The position numbers and the translations under genes are program-made. 42,825 bases of DNA, from the IMG/VR virus record IMGVR_UViG_3300020044_008413, positions 1 to 42,825 of that record; one strand, 5' to 3'. Below the pieces are notes generated by a model, which saw only the letters and a program-made list of their open reading frames with translations, made no database searches and was not told the origin of the DNA. Every line of letters starts with the position of its first letter. The stretch's first letter is position 1. The DNA is from a virus (lineage: Duplodnaviria > Caudoviricetes). Shown here piece by piece: positions 17,964 to 26,496 of the stretch.

Positions 17964-18511
17964 GTCACTATTTTACATTGATAGCCTTCGGATTCAAGAC
18001 GATTGAAAAGCTGCTCAGCTTCGCTTTCATTGGAAAATTCGATGGAAAGGAACCAAGCCGACGCAGATTCCTGTGCTGCCGCATTGGATGATTCACTAGC
18101 TTCATTCGGAAACTCCAACCCCCATTCCCCTAACTCCACAGCATCCCAATCCTTCGCCAACAACTCAAAATCCCATTCACCAAACCCAACATTATCCTTG
18201 ATGATGAATTCTCGCTGTTGCTCGTCCGTAAGGTCGTCGGCCATGATGATCGGTACTTCTTTCAATCCAAGTTCCTTGCAGGCTTTCAGTCGCATGTTGC
18301 CGCCCAAGACTACCATATCGCCATTGACGACGATTGGCCTGATCTCCATCATCTTCGGGAATTTGCGGATTGATTCGACCAACTTCCTAAACTTTTCATC
18401 CTTGATAACCCTTGGATTATTTGGATTGGCTTTTAAGTTGGCAACTTTCGCCAATGACCATTTAATGCCGTTGGCCTCCTGCTTCGCTGTAATTGGCTTA
18501 TTTTCGCTCAT
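17960..18511 (-). CDS. ParB/Srx N-terminal domain protein
   Basis: NPNNPR, RPIVV, GGNMRLKA, IIKDN motifs. Confidence 0.88.
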   Translation of the reverse strand: MSENKPITAKQEANGIKWSLAKVANLKANPNNPRVIKDEKFRKLVESIRKFPKMMEIRPIVVNGDMVVLGGNMRLKACKELGLKEVPIIMADDLTDEQQREFIIKDNVGFGEWDFELLAKDWDAVELGEWGLEFPNEASESSNAAAQESASAWFLSIEFSNESEAEQLFNRLESEGYQCKIVT

Positions 18512-18750
18512 ATTTCAATCTCATTTCCAAGTTGGTCAATTGTCCAAATTCGCATCCCTCCATTTCGAAGATCAAAATGAAACATCGTCGGAACTTCCAA
18601 AAATGGAAGCTCAAGCGAGCCTCGCCCCTCGTAATTCAAAACAGATCGAAGCCCATTGATGGAACGCCGAACATGAAACACAGCATTTTGTTGCTGAAAT
18701 TTAGAAAGTGCCAAATCGGCTGCGGCTTGCGGGTTTTCTTCAAGTGTCAT
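18508..18750 (-). CDS. Hypothetical protein
   Basis: 80 aa, ATGA overlaps on both sides. Confidence 0.6.
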   Translation of the reverse strand: MTLEENPQAAADLALSKFQQQNAVFHVRRSINGLRSVLNYEGRGSLELPFLEVPTMFHFDLRNGGMRIWTIDQLGNEIEI

Positions 18751-18899
18751 TTCACCTCCCTAGTTTCAATTTCCTTTTTCATCTCATCCTCGGTTATCTT
18801 GTGAACCACCAACGCCCGAAGATATGCGTCGCGCTCGTTGTTGCCCTTGTTGCGGGCATCGTAGAGTCGTTTCAGTTGGCGGTATTGGTGGGGGTTCAT
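18747..18899 (-). CDS. Hypothetical protein (MNPHQYRQLK...)
   Basis: ATGA overlaps on both sides. Confidence 0.55.
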   Translation of the reverse strand: MNPHQYRQLKRLYDARNKGNNERDAYLRALVVHKITEDEMKKEIETREVK

Positions 18900-19360
18900 T
18901 TCTTGCTGCTCAAATGTTGCATTCCACAGTGATCGCATTGATACATCCGAATAGGGACGTTTTTATGATTCGCATCAATGGTGGATTGAAGCGCGCGCCT
19001 TGCACCCGCGATGGTGTATTGCCGCTTTCCCGTGACGCTGCAATAGGTTTTTTCGTGGACTTGCGGAACAACAACAGCAACAATCTCTTTTGGCTTTGGT
19101 TTCTTGTTGACCCACTTTAGCCGACTATTTGCATCCTTTCGCTCCCTTGCTTCCTTTGGGGTTAGCTTTTTGGGTACACGATCAATGTTGATTTCGGGAC
19201 GCTGCAACTGATTGATCCATTGACCAAAAATCGGCATCATTGGATTTATGCCTTCGACATCGCCAACCGTGCCGCGCCTCGAAATAATGCCAAGGCGTTC
19301 GCGTTCTTCTTTCTTTTGAAAGATTCCGATCTCGGAAAAAGCTTTTTGCATCGCATTCAT
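18896..19360 (-). CDS. Protein with C-terminal C..K..Y...YxCxxCGxxH zinc-binding domain
   Basis: CSVTGKRQY...MYQCDHCGMQHLSS. Confidence 0.7.
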   Translation of the reverse strand: MNAMQKAFSEIGIFQKKEERERLGIISRRGTVGDVEGINPMMPIFGQWINQLQRPEINIDRVPKKLTPKEARERKDANSRLKWVNKKPKPKEIVAVVVPQVHEKTYCSVTGKRQYTIAGARRALQSTIDANHKNVPIRMYQCDHCGMQHLSSKK

Positions 19361-19497
19361 TCCATTTCCTCCCATTCCGCCTCTCTCCTACGGATTTCTT
19401 CGTGATCGAACACTTGCCCCTGTAAAGCTACGCCAACCGCCCAAATGCAGCCGAACAAAACAGCGATTGCGGCCAATGTCAAGAGTACGGGCATCAT
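19357..19497 (-). CDS. Small membrane protein (46 aa, MMPVLLTLAAIAVLFGCIWAVG...)
   Basis: Manual translation; ATGA overlaps on both sides. Confidence 0.55.
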   Translation of the reverse strand: MMPVLLTLAAIAVLFGCIWAVGVALQGQVFDHEEIRRREAEWEEME

Positions 19498-19676
19498 GGC
19501 GCAACCCTCCTGTGTTGTTGGTCAATCCTTGCCGCTTTCACTAGGTCGGCGATGCGTTGCCGCTCCTTACGTTCCTTCGCGTGTTGCCGCTCGGTCATCC
19601 AAATGCCAATGTAACACCCGACACAGCCGCCAAAGACGAAACAGAAAGCGCAGCCAATTATTAGTCCTTGGATCAT
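19494..19676 (-). CDS. Small membrane protein
   Basis: N-terminal hydrophobic helix; ATGA overlaps. Confidence 0.6.
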   Translation of the reverse strand: MIQGLIIGCAFCFVFGGCVGCYIGIWMTERQHAKERKERQRIADLVKAARIDQQHRRVAP

Positions 19677-19843
19677 TTCTTTTCAAGTTGGGTAATTTCC
19701 GACAAAGTAACGACGTAACGCTTGCCCTCCTTGCTTGCGTCCGTCGCGGGCGACAATTCGGGGCAACGCTTTAACAAAGCCTTGCGCCAAAATTCGACGT
19801 GCTCAATTTCTTCGCCGCTGACTTTAATTTCCACCTTTGCCAT
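19673..19843 (-). CDS. Hypothetical protein (56 aa, MAKVEIKVSGEEIEHVEFWRKALL...)
   Basis: Manual translation; TAAATTTG promoter 4 nt upstream; ATGA overlap downstream. Confidence 0.6.
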   Translation of the reverse strand: MAKVEIKVSGEEIEHVEFWRKALLKRCPELSPATDASKEGKRYVVTLSEITQLEKK

Positions 19844-19847
19844 ACGT

Positions 19848-19894
19848 CAAATTTACAACCTATTTGCAAACGCGCAAAATTATCTTCAACTTTG
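19848..19894. promoter_or_regulatory. Nested divergent promoters
   Basis: TAAATTTG (minus, 19855-19848) and CAACTTTG (plus, 19887-19894), each with TTTG 19-20 nt upstream. Confidence 0.65.
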
Positions 19895-19898
19895 CGAC

Positions 19899-20630
19899 AT
19901 GGCAAAGAAAATTCAAAGCGGCATGATTGAGATTTACGGGCCTTCCCGTGTTGCGGGGATTCGCGCGCGTTTGTTCATCAAAAACCCCAAAAGTTTCAGC
20001 ATCCTTGCCCAATGGGACGTGGAGGCAATTCGTGAACGGTTGGAAAACTTGCCGCCGAAGCAACCGCGCCCAGAACGGTTCGAAAACCTGAATGAAGTGG
20101 TGAAGTATTTCACCTCGATTCAAAGGCGTTTGGGCAAAAAGCGGATCGCCGCCGAATGGACTGAGCAAAAATATCGGCTTGCTTGCGGTGCTACGTTGGT
20201 GGCCACCACCGAATCCGACAAAACAAAAAACAGGATCTTGGTCGAATGGCCGACATCGGATGCAACTGACACGCCAAGCCACCACGAACTGACGAAAATG
20301 GTTCTCGCTGGGATTCCGATAAACTTCCCAAACGCCTCGGCATTTGTGGCCTTTGCGATTGGTTTGGATTTGATGAAAGAGGACAACTACCGCGACATCA
20401 TCAACGCCATGACCAAACACGGTGATTCGTTCACCGTTGCAGGTGTGGCGAAATTGTCTTGCATCCCGACTATCGGCCACGGTCGCTCCACAAAGGGCAA
20501 TATGCAGGTGACTACCAACACGAAATATCAATCTTTGAAGGTCGAACATACCCAGCTTTTGGCAGAATTGGAGACTGCCGAATCGATGGGAATTGACATC
20601 CGCAAAATCGTAGCCGCGCAAAAAGGATAG
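19899..20630 (+). CDS. Hypothetical protein (243 aa), stand-alone transcription unit
   Basis: ATG 19899 just after the promoter; terminator follows. Confidence 0.75.
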   Translation: MAKKIQSGMIEIYGPSRVAGIRARLFIKNPKSFSILAQWDVEAIRERLENLPPKQPRPERFENLNEVVKYFTSIQRRLGKKRIAAEWTEQKYRLACGATLVATTESDKTKNRILVEWPTSDATDTPSHHELTKMVLAGIPINFPNASAFVAFAIGLDLMKEDNYRDIINAMTKHGDSFTVAGVAKLSCIPTIGHGRSTKGNMQVTTNTKYQSLKVEHTQLLAELETAESMGIDIRKIVAAQKG

Positions 20631-20662
20631 GTTTTTTCATAGTGTTTTGGTTTAAATTGAAG

Positions 20663-20690
20663 TGAAAGAGGGGCTTGCGCCCCTTTTTCA
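20663..20690. terminator. Bidirectional terminator
   Basis: TGAAAGAGGGGC-TTGC-GCCCCTTTTTCA between convergent genes. Confidence 0.7.
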
Positions 20691-21083
20691 TTTCCTACCA
20701 ACCGTCTCCAAAAATTCGGGTTCGTGCCAAGTTTCCTTGAGGTATTGCGCAAACTCCTCTTTGGTCATATCCCAAACCCTGACTTCGTTTTCAATGCCGA
20801 TTCCCTGTGCAAGCCTAGTTTTCAGCTCAACGATCTGAATCCGCATCGCTTCGATCTGTTTCATTTGCTTTTGGTTGAACTGCAAAAGCTCGTCGTGTCG
20901 CTCGGCGCACTTCCTGACTGCATCGGTCGTGGTGCAAAACAGTCGGGCAATCCTTGGAAGGTGCGTTCCGTCGTGCATGGTCAATCCCTGTTTTGCAAGT
21001 TCTGCCAATACGCCGACCGATCTGCCACCGTTGGCGATGATTTCTGCCTTTGCGGCCACTTGATACTCTTTTTGGCTTTTCAT
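20688..21083 (-). CDS. Hypothetical protein, possible HTH plus coiled coil
   Basis: LPRIARLFCTTTDAVRKC is HTH-like. Confidence 0.65.
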   Translation of the reverse strand: MKSQKEYQVAAKAEIIANGGRSVGVLAELAKQGLTMHDGTHLPRIARLFCTTTDAVRKCAERHDELLQFNQKQMKQIEAMRIQIVELKTRLAQGIGIENEVRVWDMTKEEFAQYLKETWHEPEFLETVGRK

Positions 21084-21101
21084 ATCTCACTCATTTTTGG
21101 T

Positions 21102-22016
21102 TTAAAAATCTCCTTTGAATTTGCCGTATGCATCCATGATCGCGCAAAACGTGCAATCTTGCGCGTCTGGAAAGTCGGTCAATTTGCCGCATTCTCCGCC
21201 AACCTCGGTCACTTGCTGAATCTTCCATCGGGTGCGGTCGCGTAGTTCGTTGACCTCGTTTGCCTTCATTGGGCATTCCATCTGCGATTCAATTAGTCGG
21301 TCGAATTTTGGATAGGCTAGTCGGTATTCGGCCTGAAAGATTGCCAACGCCGACCAATCGACCTGCTTTTGATCCCATTTGTCAGCCTCGCGCATCTCCT
21401 GCACCATTTGCCGCAACATGCCTACCGCCGCCGCCCGTTGATTTTCCGAACCACCCAACCAAAAGCGATCCCTCAACGATGGCGAAATCTGCTGAACGGC
21501 TTTTGTTTGCTTTGCAATCTTCGGCCATTCGCGGGCCAATGCCTCGGCGGGTTCGCCCCAAAACTCATTCCCGCCCGTGTTGGCTGGCAATTCCAGGGCG
21601 TTTTCCTTCTCTTTCAGCTTTTTGAGGGTCAGTTTTTGGATTTGTTCCTCAAAATCGGCTGCGTAAAGCTTCGGAAACGAGGCCTGCCCGCTTGAAAGTG
21701 CGCGCTGTTTTTCGATTGCAGCAAGACGGATGCATTCGGCGAACTCGCTAGGGGTGATCGTGCCGTACTGCTTGACGATTCGCTCGATCAATCCGAATTC
21801 CTCCTTGGAGTTGACCGGAACAATCGAAACGTCCATCTGCATGATCTCAATGCGGGCATTCACCCAAACGGCCAACAGTGCCGTGGTGATCGTTTCGCGG
21901 GCATCTTTTTGGTGAACAATTGGCGTGAACCGTTCATAGGCCTGAATCCTCTGCGTGTCGTTTTGCAGCGTTGGCATATTCGCGGGCTGCGTCTCTGTGG
22001 TTTTTTGATGCTCCAT
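21102..22016 (-). CDS. Replication-associated protein (helicase-loader position)
   Basis: 304 aa, overlaps the initiator 3' end as lambda P-type genes do; function by position only. Confidence 0.5.
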   Translation of the reverse strand: MEHQKTTETQPANMPTLQNDTQRIQAYERFTPIVHQKDARETITTALLAVWVNARIEIMQMDVSIVPVNSKEEFGLIERIVKQYGTITPSEFAECIRLAAIEKQRALSSGQASFPKLYAADFEEQIQKLTLKKLKEKENALELPANTGGNEFWGEPAEALAREWPKIAKQTKAVQQISPSLRDRFWLGGSENQRAAAVGMLRQMVQEMREADKWDQKQVDWSALAIFQAEYRLAYPKFDRLIESQMECPMKANEVNELRDRTRWKIQQVTEVGGECGKLTDFPDAQDCTFCAIMDAYGKFKGDF

Positions 22017-22815
22017 TTTGAATTCCTCCTTTTGCAGTTTCTTGATTTTCCTCTTTGTAAAGTTTCATTTCGTTGTCATAGTCGCGGCTCCAATCGCGGT
22101 TTTGCAGCCACGAATGCGGGTCTTTGCGTTTTCGTTTTGTGGCGATGCAGAAAACCCGATCCTTTGCCGCCGCCGCTTTCAGGATTTCATGGGCCTCGGT
22201 TGCTGTCTTGCCCTCGTTTTTAAGAAGTTGGAACGATTCAAGGTAGGCGGGTTCTGTTTTATATCGATTGCCGATTGTGCCGAATGTTTCCGCCCACTCC
22301 TGAATCTGTTTTGTGATTGGAGAAAAGTCTTCGAACGCCTGTTCGTTCGTTCGTTCCTTTCGTTCTGTTCGTTCGTTCGTTCGTTCGTGTTCGGAAATTC
22401 CGATAGTTTCTTGAACGTCTTGGAATTTTTCCGAAAGATGTGGCAACGTTTCGGAATTTTTCCGAAAGATGGCGGGACGTTTCGGAATTGGTCGCTTTCC
22501 TCCACCATAAAACGACTTTAAATCGTCTTCAAGTCCCTCAATCCAGATTATTCCCGCCTCGTATAGGTCGCGGTCAATTGCCCGACGGTCGGCGGAATAC
22601 TCAAGGAACTCGACAAGCTCAACGGCTGTGCATCCGAGGTCAAGCTCCAGCGTTTCGCGGTCGATCATGTCGTTGATGTCGATGGTAAGATTTGGAGTTT
22701 CGCCTACCGCTTTACGAAGCAAGGCCCATCGACCAATCCCGACAACACCGAGGCGGCGTTGAAGGTTGGATTCAAACTTGCCGAACTTAAAGGGGATGAA
22801 TTCAGGTATTTTCAT
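21934..22815 (-). CDS. Replication initiator-like protein
   Basis: N-terminal winged-helix-like region (LGVVGIGRWALL), low-complexity linker carrying DNA repeats, C-terminal KDPHSWLQNRDW motif. Confidence 0.7.
   Translation of the reverse strand: MKIPEFIPFKFGKFESNLQRRLGVVGIGRWALLRKAVGETPNLTIDINDMIDRETLELDLGCTAVELVEFLEYSADRRAIDRDLYEAGIIWIEGLEDDLKSFYGGGKRPIPKRPAIFRKNSETLPHLSEKFQDVQETIGISEHERTNERTERKERTNEQAFEDFSPITKQIQEWAETFGTIGNRYKTEPAYLESFQLLKNEGKTATEAHEILKAAAAKDRVFCIATKRKRKDPHSWLQNRDWSRDYDNEMKLYKEENQETAKGGIQNGASKNHRDAAREYANAAKRHAEDSGL
22341..22490. repeat. Putative origin: (GTTC)n tract plus 31-bp-period iterons
   Basis: GTTC repeats 22341-22392; GGAATTTTTCCGAAAGATG at 22422 and 22453, partial copies at 22393 and 22484. 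Confidence 0.7.
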
Positions 22816-22818
22816 AGG

Positions 22819-23043
22819 TCAAAATGGAAGGTCGTCACCCTCTTTTATTGGTTTCAAATCGTCTAGGCGCCGTTGTTCTTGCCTATTGTATTGCCATTGC
22901 TTGTGGCACTCAAGATCACAAAATGGATATTCTGTCGGCCATCCCATGCAGCCACAATCGCGGCCACTACAACAACCAACTAATTTGATACCTAGTGATT
23001 TGCCGCAATTCCAGCAACCGTCAAAATCGTCATCTTTTGGCAT
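22819..23043 (-). CDS. Small Cys-rich protein
   Basis: CWNC, CCSGRDCGC, CDLEC; GGAGG upstream. Confidence 0.65.
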   Translation of the reverse strand: MPKDDDFDGCWNCGKSLGIKLVGCCSGRDCGCMGWPTEYPFCDLECHKQWQYNRQEQRRLDDLKPIKEGDDLPF

Positions 23044-23061
23044 ATTTCCTCCAAAAAATTA

Positions 23062-23142
23062 GCCCCAATGGGATAGGGACGAGCTATCACCAAAGGGGCG
23101 TAAGTTGTGTATCATTCACCGATTGACCTCGTCCGCCAATCG
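23062..23142 (-). ncRNA. Structured leader with kissing loops
   Basis: Two hairpins with perfectly complementary 7-nt loops GGACGAG and CTCGTCC; TAGATTTG promoter at 23165-23158. Confidence 0.6.
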
Positions 23143-23173
23143 ACTATATTTCTCCTACAAATCTACAAAATTC

Positions 23174-23719
23174 CTACAACAATCCAAGCCTTTTCAGTTC
23201 AAAAAAGCATCTGGCGGTTGCTTTTACGTCTGCAAGTGCGTCGTGCGCTCCGTCGAAGTCTTCTCCGAATAGGTGGTTTTGTAGCTCCTGCAATTTGGGC
23301 CACTTGTAGCCGCGCCCGTTGGCGTGGGGAATCTTGCAAATATCGGTTGTGGCCTTCATGGTGCAAAACACCTTTTCATGAGCGGGCATTGGGTCGGTGA
23401 TGTTGTACCGAATCCGATCCTTTGCCAACATGTCCCAATCAAACGCAAGGTTGTGGGCAATGATGCGATCTGCGCGGCTCATTTGGGCCAACAGGTGCAG
23501 GAGTTCACCGAATGGATCAACGCCATCGGCCTCACAAATTTCCTTTGAGATGCCATGCACTTCAAAGGCCTTTTCATTGATCTCGTATTCAATCGAATGA
23601 TTGATAAGTGTGTTGCGCTGCTCCAAGACTTCGCCGTTTTCATCGGTCAAAATCCAAGCAAGTTGCAAAATGGGGCCATTAAAGCCCGCTGTCTCGGTGT
23701 CAAAGAATAAGTATCTCAT
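23174..23719 (-). CDS. DEDDh 3'-5' exonuclease (DnaQ-like)
   Basis: FFDTETAG, AHNLAFD, AHDALADV. Confidence 0.92.
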   Translation of the reverse strand: MRYLFFDTETAGFNGPILQLAWILTDENGEVLEQRNTLINHSIEYEINEKAFEVHGISKEICEADGVDPFGELLHLLAQMSRADRIIAHNLAFDWDMLAKDRIRYNITDPMPAHEKVFCTMKATTDICKIPHANGRGYKWPKLQELQNHLFGEDFDGAHDALADVKATARCFFELKRLGLL

Positions 23720-23934
23720 TTGAGTAGATTTTTCAAGTGTGCAGGATCATGTTTCAGGTGCATTTTGCGCACCTCATTTGCAGCCGATTCGATCGGGTTG
23801 TGATAATGGCAGTAAGGTTCTGCCGTTGCCAGTTGCTCCACAATCGGGCGGTCAAGTTCCTTCAACTGCTTTTTCAGCTTTAGGATTTTCTCTAAAATGT
23901 CGTGCCTTTCGGCGATGATGTCGGTGTATTTCAT
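23716..23934 (-). CDS. Hypothetical protein
   Basis: 72 aa, ATGA overlaps. Confidence 0.6.
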   Translation of the reverse strand: MKYTDIIAERHDILEKILKLKKQLKELDRPIVEQLATAEPYCHYHNPIESAANEVRKMHLKHDPAHLKNLLK

Positions 23935-24788
23935 GTTCTCAGCGACCGTTGGCCGCGCTTATCGGTTGAATAACTTGCAATAAATTGGCCCGAATACCTG
24001 ACTGACTTTGCGCCGCCAATCGCCAAAACGATCCGTAAACGTAGGTCTTCGAGTTGGGCCTTTGTTTGCTTTTCAATGGCTTTCAGGTCGCGATATTTGG
24101 CAATTGCTTTGTAAAGCGGCTGACTTGCCTCAATGGTGCTGCCATCGTCGGTCGGCCAAAGGAATTTGCAATCATCGTCACTGATTGGTTCCGGCATCTT
24201 GTCGCCGACGATATGCACCTGCCACCATTCCTCAGCTTGGCGCAAAAGTTCCAAGGCCAACGGCTCTTTGAAGTTTATTTCAAACCGCTGGTAGTTGCTG
24301 ACCATCGGGCCAAAGATTGCCAGATGGCATTTCTTTAGCCTAGTGCAAAGCATCTGCCATTGGCATTGAATCAGCCACGTCAACGGAATTTCTTCCTCGG
24401 ATCGGATCGTTTTTAGGGTGCTTTTGGCTTCTGCAAGCTCGGGTTTTGCAATGTCTCTAAACATCATCAAGGTCTCGCCGCTTTCAAATCGGTTACGATC
24501 CAACTTGTAAAGCAATCCGTCGGGCGTAGCCGCCGCCAATCCGTCAGGGTGATGCAGTGTCGGGCAATTGGTGATAATTTCCAGCCCCAAATCCTCAGCC
24601 AACCATTCCAAAATTTGTGCCTCCTGACGATTGCCCCTGCGTGTATGCTCATTGCCTTCAAAATGAGGCTTGCGCCCCGTCTTGACAAGCCAAACGTCTA
24701 AGGGACTCATGTTTTCGTTGTGGCCAAGGATAGCAGCCACCTCGGAAGCCCCGATACGGGACTTCCTTGCTTCGTGGTCTAGGATCAT
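23931..24788 (-). CDS. YqaJ / lambda-exonuclease family recombination nuclease
   Basis: RIGASEVAAILG, ATPDG, EAK, QCQWQM. Confidence 0.9.
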   Translation of the reverse strand: MILDHEARKSRIGASEVAAILGHNENMSPLDVWLVKTGRKPHFEGNEHTRRGNRQEAQILEWLAEDLGLEIITNCPTLHHPDGLAAATPDGLLYKLDRNRFESGETLMMFRDIAKPELAEAKSTLKTIRSEEEIPLTWLIQCQWQMLCTRLKKCHLAIFGPMVSNYQRFEINFKEPLALELLRQAEEWWQVHIVGDKMPEPISDDDCKFLWPTDDGSTIEASQPLYKAIAKYRDLKAIEKQTKAQLEDLRLRIVLAIGGAKSVRYSGQFIASYSTDKRGQRSLRT

Positions 24789-25072
24789 TTCTTGAATCCT
24801 CCTTTCGGGTCGTATTCCTTTAAATACCCATTTTTGAGCAAGTGGCAGACAAGGGAATACTGCAAATTCATCACCACCGCGACGGGAAGAACAGACCTAT
24901 TCCAATACACCGCCCGCTTTGCCTCCAAAAGTTCCGCAAGCCGATCGTGTGTTTTGATTTCGGGGCCAACCTTGCCCGCATCGTGCTTGGCTTTGTCTCG
25001 ATTGGCCTCGATTGTAAGCCTTTGATCTTGCTCAGCGATATGCCGCTGCCATTGTTTTTCATTGAAGCTCAT
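24785..25072 (-). CDS. Hypothetical protein
   Basis: 95 aa, ATGA overlaps. Confidence 0.65.
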   Translation of the reverse strand: MSFNEKQWQRHIAEQDQRLTIEANRDKAKHDAGKVGPEIKTHDRLAELLEAKRAVYWNRSVLPVAVVMNLQYSLVCHLLKNGYLKEYDPKGGFKK

Positions 25073-25920
25073 TGGGCCTTGCTGTTAAAAAGGTCAATCT
25101 CTCGCTGTCGGTCTTCATCGGTCGGCTCATTGACAACCGTTGCGCTGCCTTCATTGTCAACTTCATTGGGATATTCAAACGTGGTCGGGCCATCGGGTGT
25201 CAGCGCGTCAAGGCTGGCAATAGACTCGTCCACAAAGTCAAACGAACGCCATTCATCCTCACGTGGTATCATCTTCAAAAGCTGCTTGATCGCTTTTGCT
25301 TGCGCCATCTTGTCGTAATCAGTCGCCCACGGGCCTTTCATACCTTGCTTTTGCATTGGGCTTTTCATCCGTAGGCGTTCGATCATTTGCTTGTTCAGGA
25401 TCACGAACTGCTCACCACCTGATCGAAGTTCGGCAATCGCGTAGGCTGCAATGACCTTGGTAGGATCGCCGTAGTTTGGCCCCATCGAATGCACGATTTT
25501 GGCGACGCTGCCCAGCTCGGTCGTGTGTGGGTCACCTTCATAGATGCAGTTGGCGCGTAGGCTTTTCAGGATGCCGGATTTTGTCGCCAACTTGATCCAT
25601 CCTTGATAGCCGACCTGCATTTGCACCTGTTTTCCGTAGGGTACAAAATACACCTCGCCCCATTGTGGTGTGGGGTTCAGTCCCATCATTGCCGTTTGCA
25701 TCACGGCCCCGATCATGCTTTTAAGGTCGCATTCCTGCAACATTGGCGACGCTGCGAACACCTGAGCGGCCAAAGCAATGATACGATTCGATTGGATGCC
25801 TTTTTTCGGGGCGATCTGCTCAATTTGGAACTGATATTTGCCGAAAAGTTCCGTAAAATCTGCCATGCGCGTCGGCTTTGTGACCGTCGCTTGCAATTGT
25901 TTTTTAATTTCTGTACTCAT
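25069..25920 (-). CDS. recT: RecT-family single-strand annealing protein
   Basis: GLNP, YFVPYG, QVGYQG, GPWATDYDKMAQAKAIK. Confidence 0.9.
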   Translation of the reverse strand: MSTEIKKQLQATVTKPTRMADFTELFGKYQFQIEQIAPKKGIQSNRIIALAAQVFAASPMLQECDLKSMIGAVMQTAMMGLNPTPQWGEVYFVPYGKQVQMQVGYQGWIKLATKSGILKSLRANCIYEGDPHTTELGSVAKIVHSMGPNYGDPTKVIAAYAIAELRSGGEQFVILNKQMIERLRMKSPMQKQGMKGPWATDYDKMAQAKAIKQLLKMIPREDEWRSFDFVDESIASLDALTPDGPTTFEYPNEVDNEGSATVVNEPTDEDRQREIDLFNSKAQ

Positions 25921-25939
25921 GTTAAATTAAATTATATCA

Positions 25940-25986
25940 CAAACTTACGAATTATTTGGATATTCGCAAAATGTTTTCTAGCTTTG
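25940..25986. promoter_or_regulatory. Nested divergent promoters
   Basis: TAAGTTTG (minus, 25947-25940) and TAGCTTTG (plus, 25979-25986), each with TTTG 19-20 nt upstream. Confidence 0.7.
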
Positions 25987-26000
25987 TAAAAATTAATTGA

Positions 26001-26243
26001 ATGAGTATGAACGAGACAGAAATTCAGAAACGTGCTAGGGACTTGGGCAAAGAACCCGCATTCCCAACGTCAAGCCTTGAAACCGCTTTCGGCTACACCG
26101 GACTGACAAAGCGGGAATGGTTAGCGAGCCAACTGATCGCATCATTTAAGTATGAATCCTACGTCACAGCCGCGCAAGTGGCAATCAAACAAGCCGACGC
26201 GCTCCTGATCGCATTGGCAGAAAGCGAGGTGACCAATGGCTAA
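26001..26243 (+). CDS. Conserved small phage protein (PAFP...GLTKRE...ADAL pattern)
   Basis: Motif pattern common in phage early regions. Confidence 0.75.
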   Translation: MSMNETEIQKRARDLGKEPAFPTSSLETAFGYTGLTKREWLASQLIASFKYESYVTAAQVAIKQADALLIALAESEVTNG

Positions 26244-26496
26244 AGCAATCGCAAAATCAACCGTGCTGACAAGTGGTGCGGTTGTCACCGTCGCAATCAG
26301 CGACAAGCCTCAAGCGTTCTTGCATTTCAAAAAGAATCTTGTAGAAGGCGAAGAGTTGCCCATCAAGTGTTGGGATGAAGACGGAATTAGAAACACGATG
26401 GTGTGCATATCCATCGAGGCATTAGCGGCTGTTTATCAACTGATCGGCGATCATTTGCGGAAATCGGATGAAGAAAGCGAGGTGGGCAATGGCTGA
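26236..26496 (+). CDS. Hypothetical protein
   Basis: 8-nt overlap with upstream gene, GAGGT upstream. Confidence 0.65.
   Translation: MAKAIAKSTVLTSGAVVTVAISDKPQAFLHFKKNLVEGEELPIKCWDEDGIRNTMVCISIEALAAVYQLIGDHLRKSDEESEVGNG

Noticed and set aside
17960-18511. ParB as evidence of a plasmid-prophage partition system
   Set aside because: No ParA and no HTH domain; context is the terminase-linked ParB type
22341-22490. CRISPR array
   Set aside because: Repeats are short, inside a CDS, lack unique 30-40 nt spacers, and no cas genes are present
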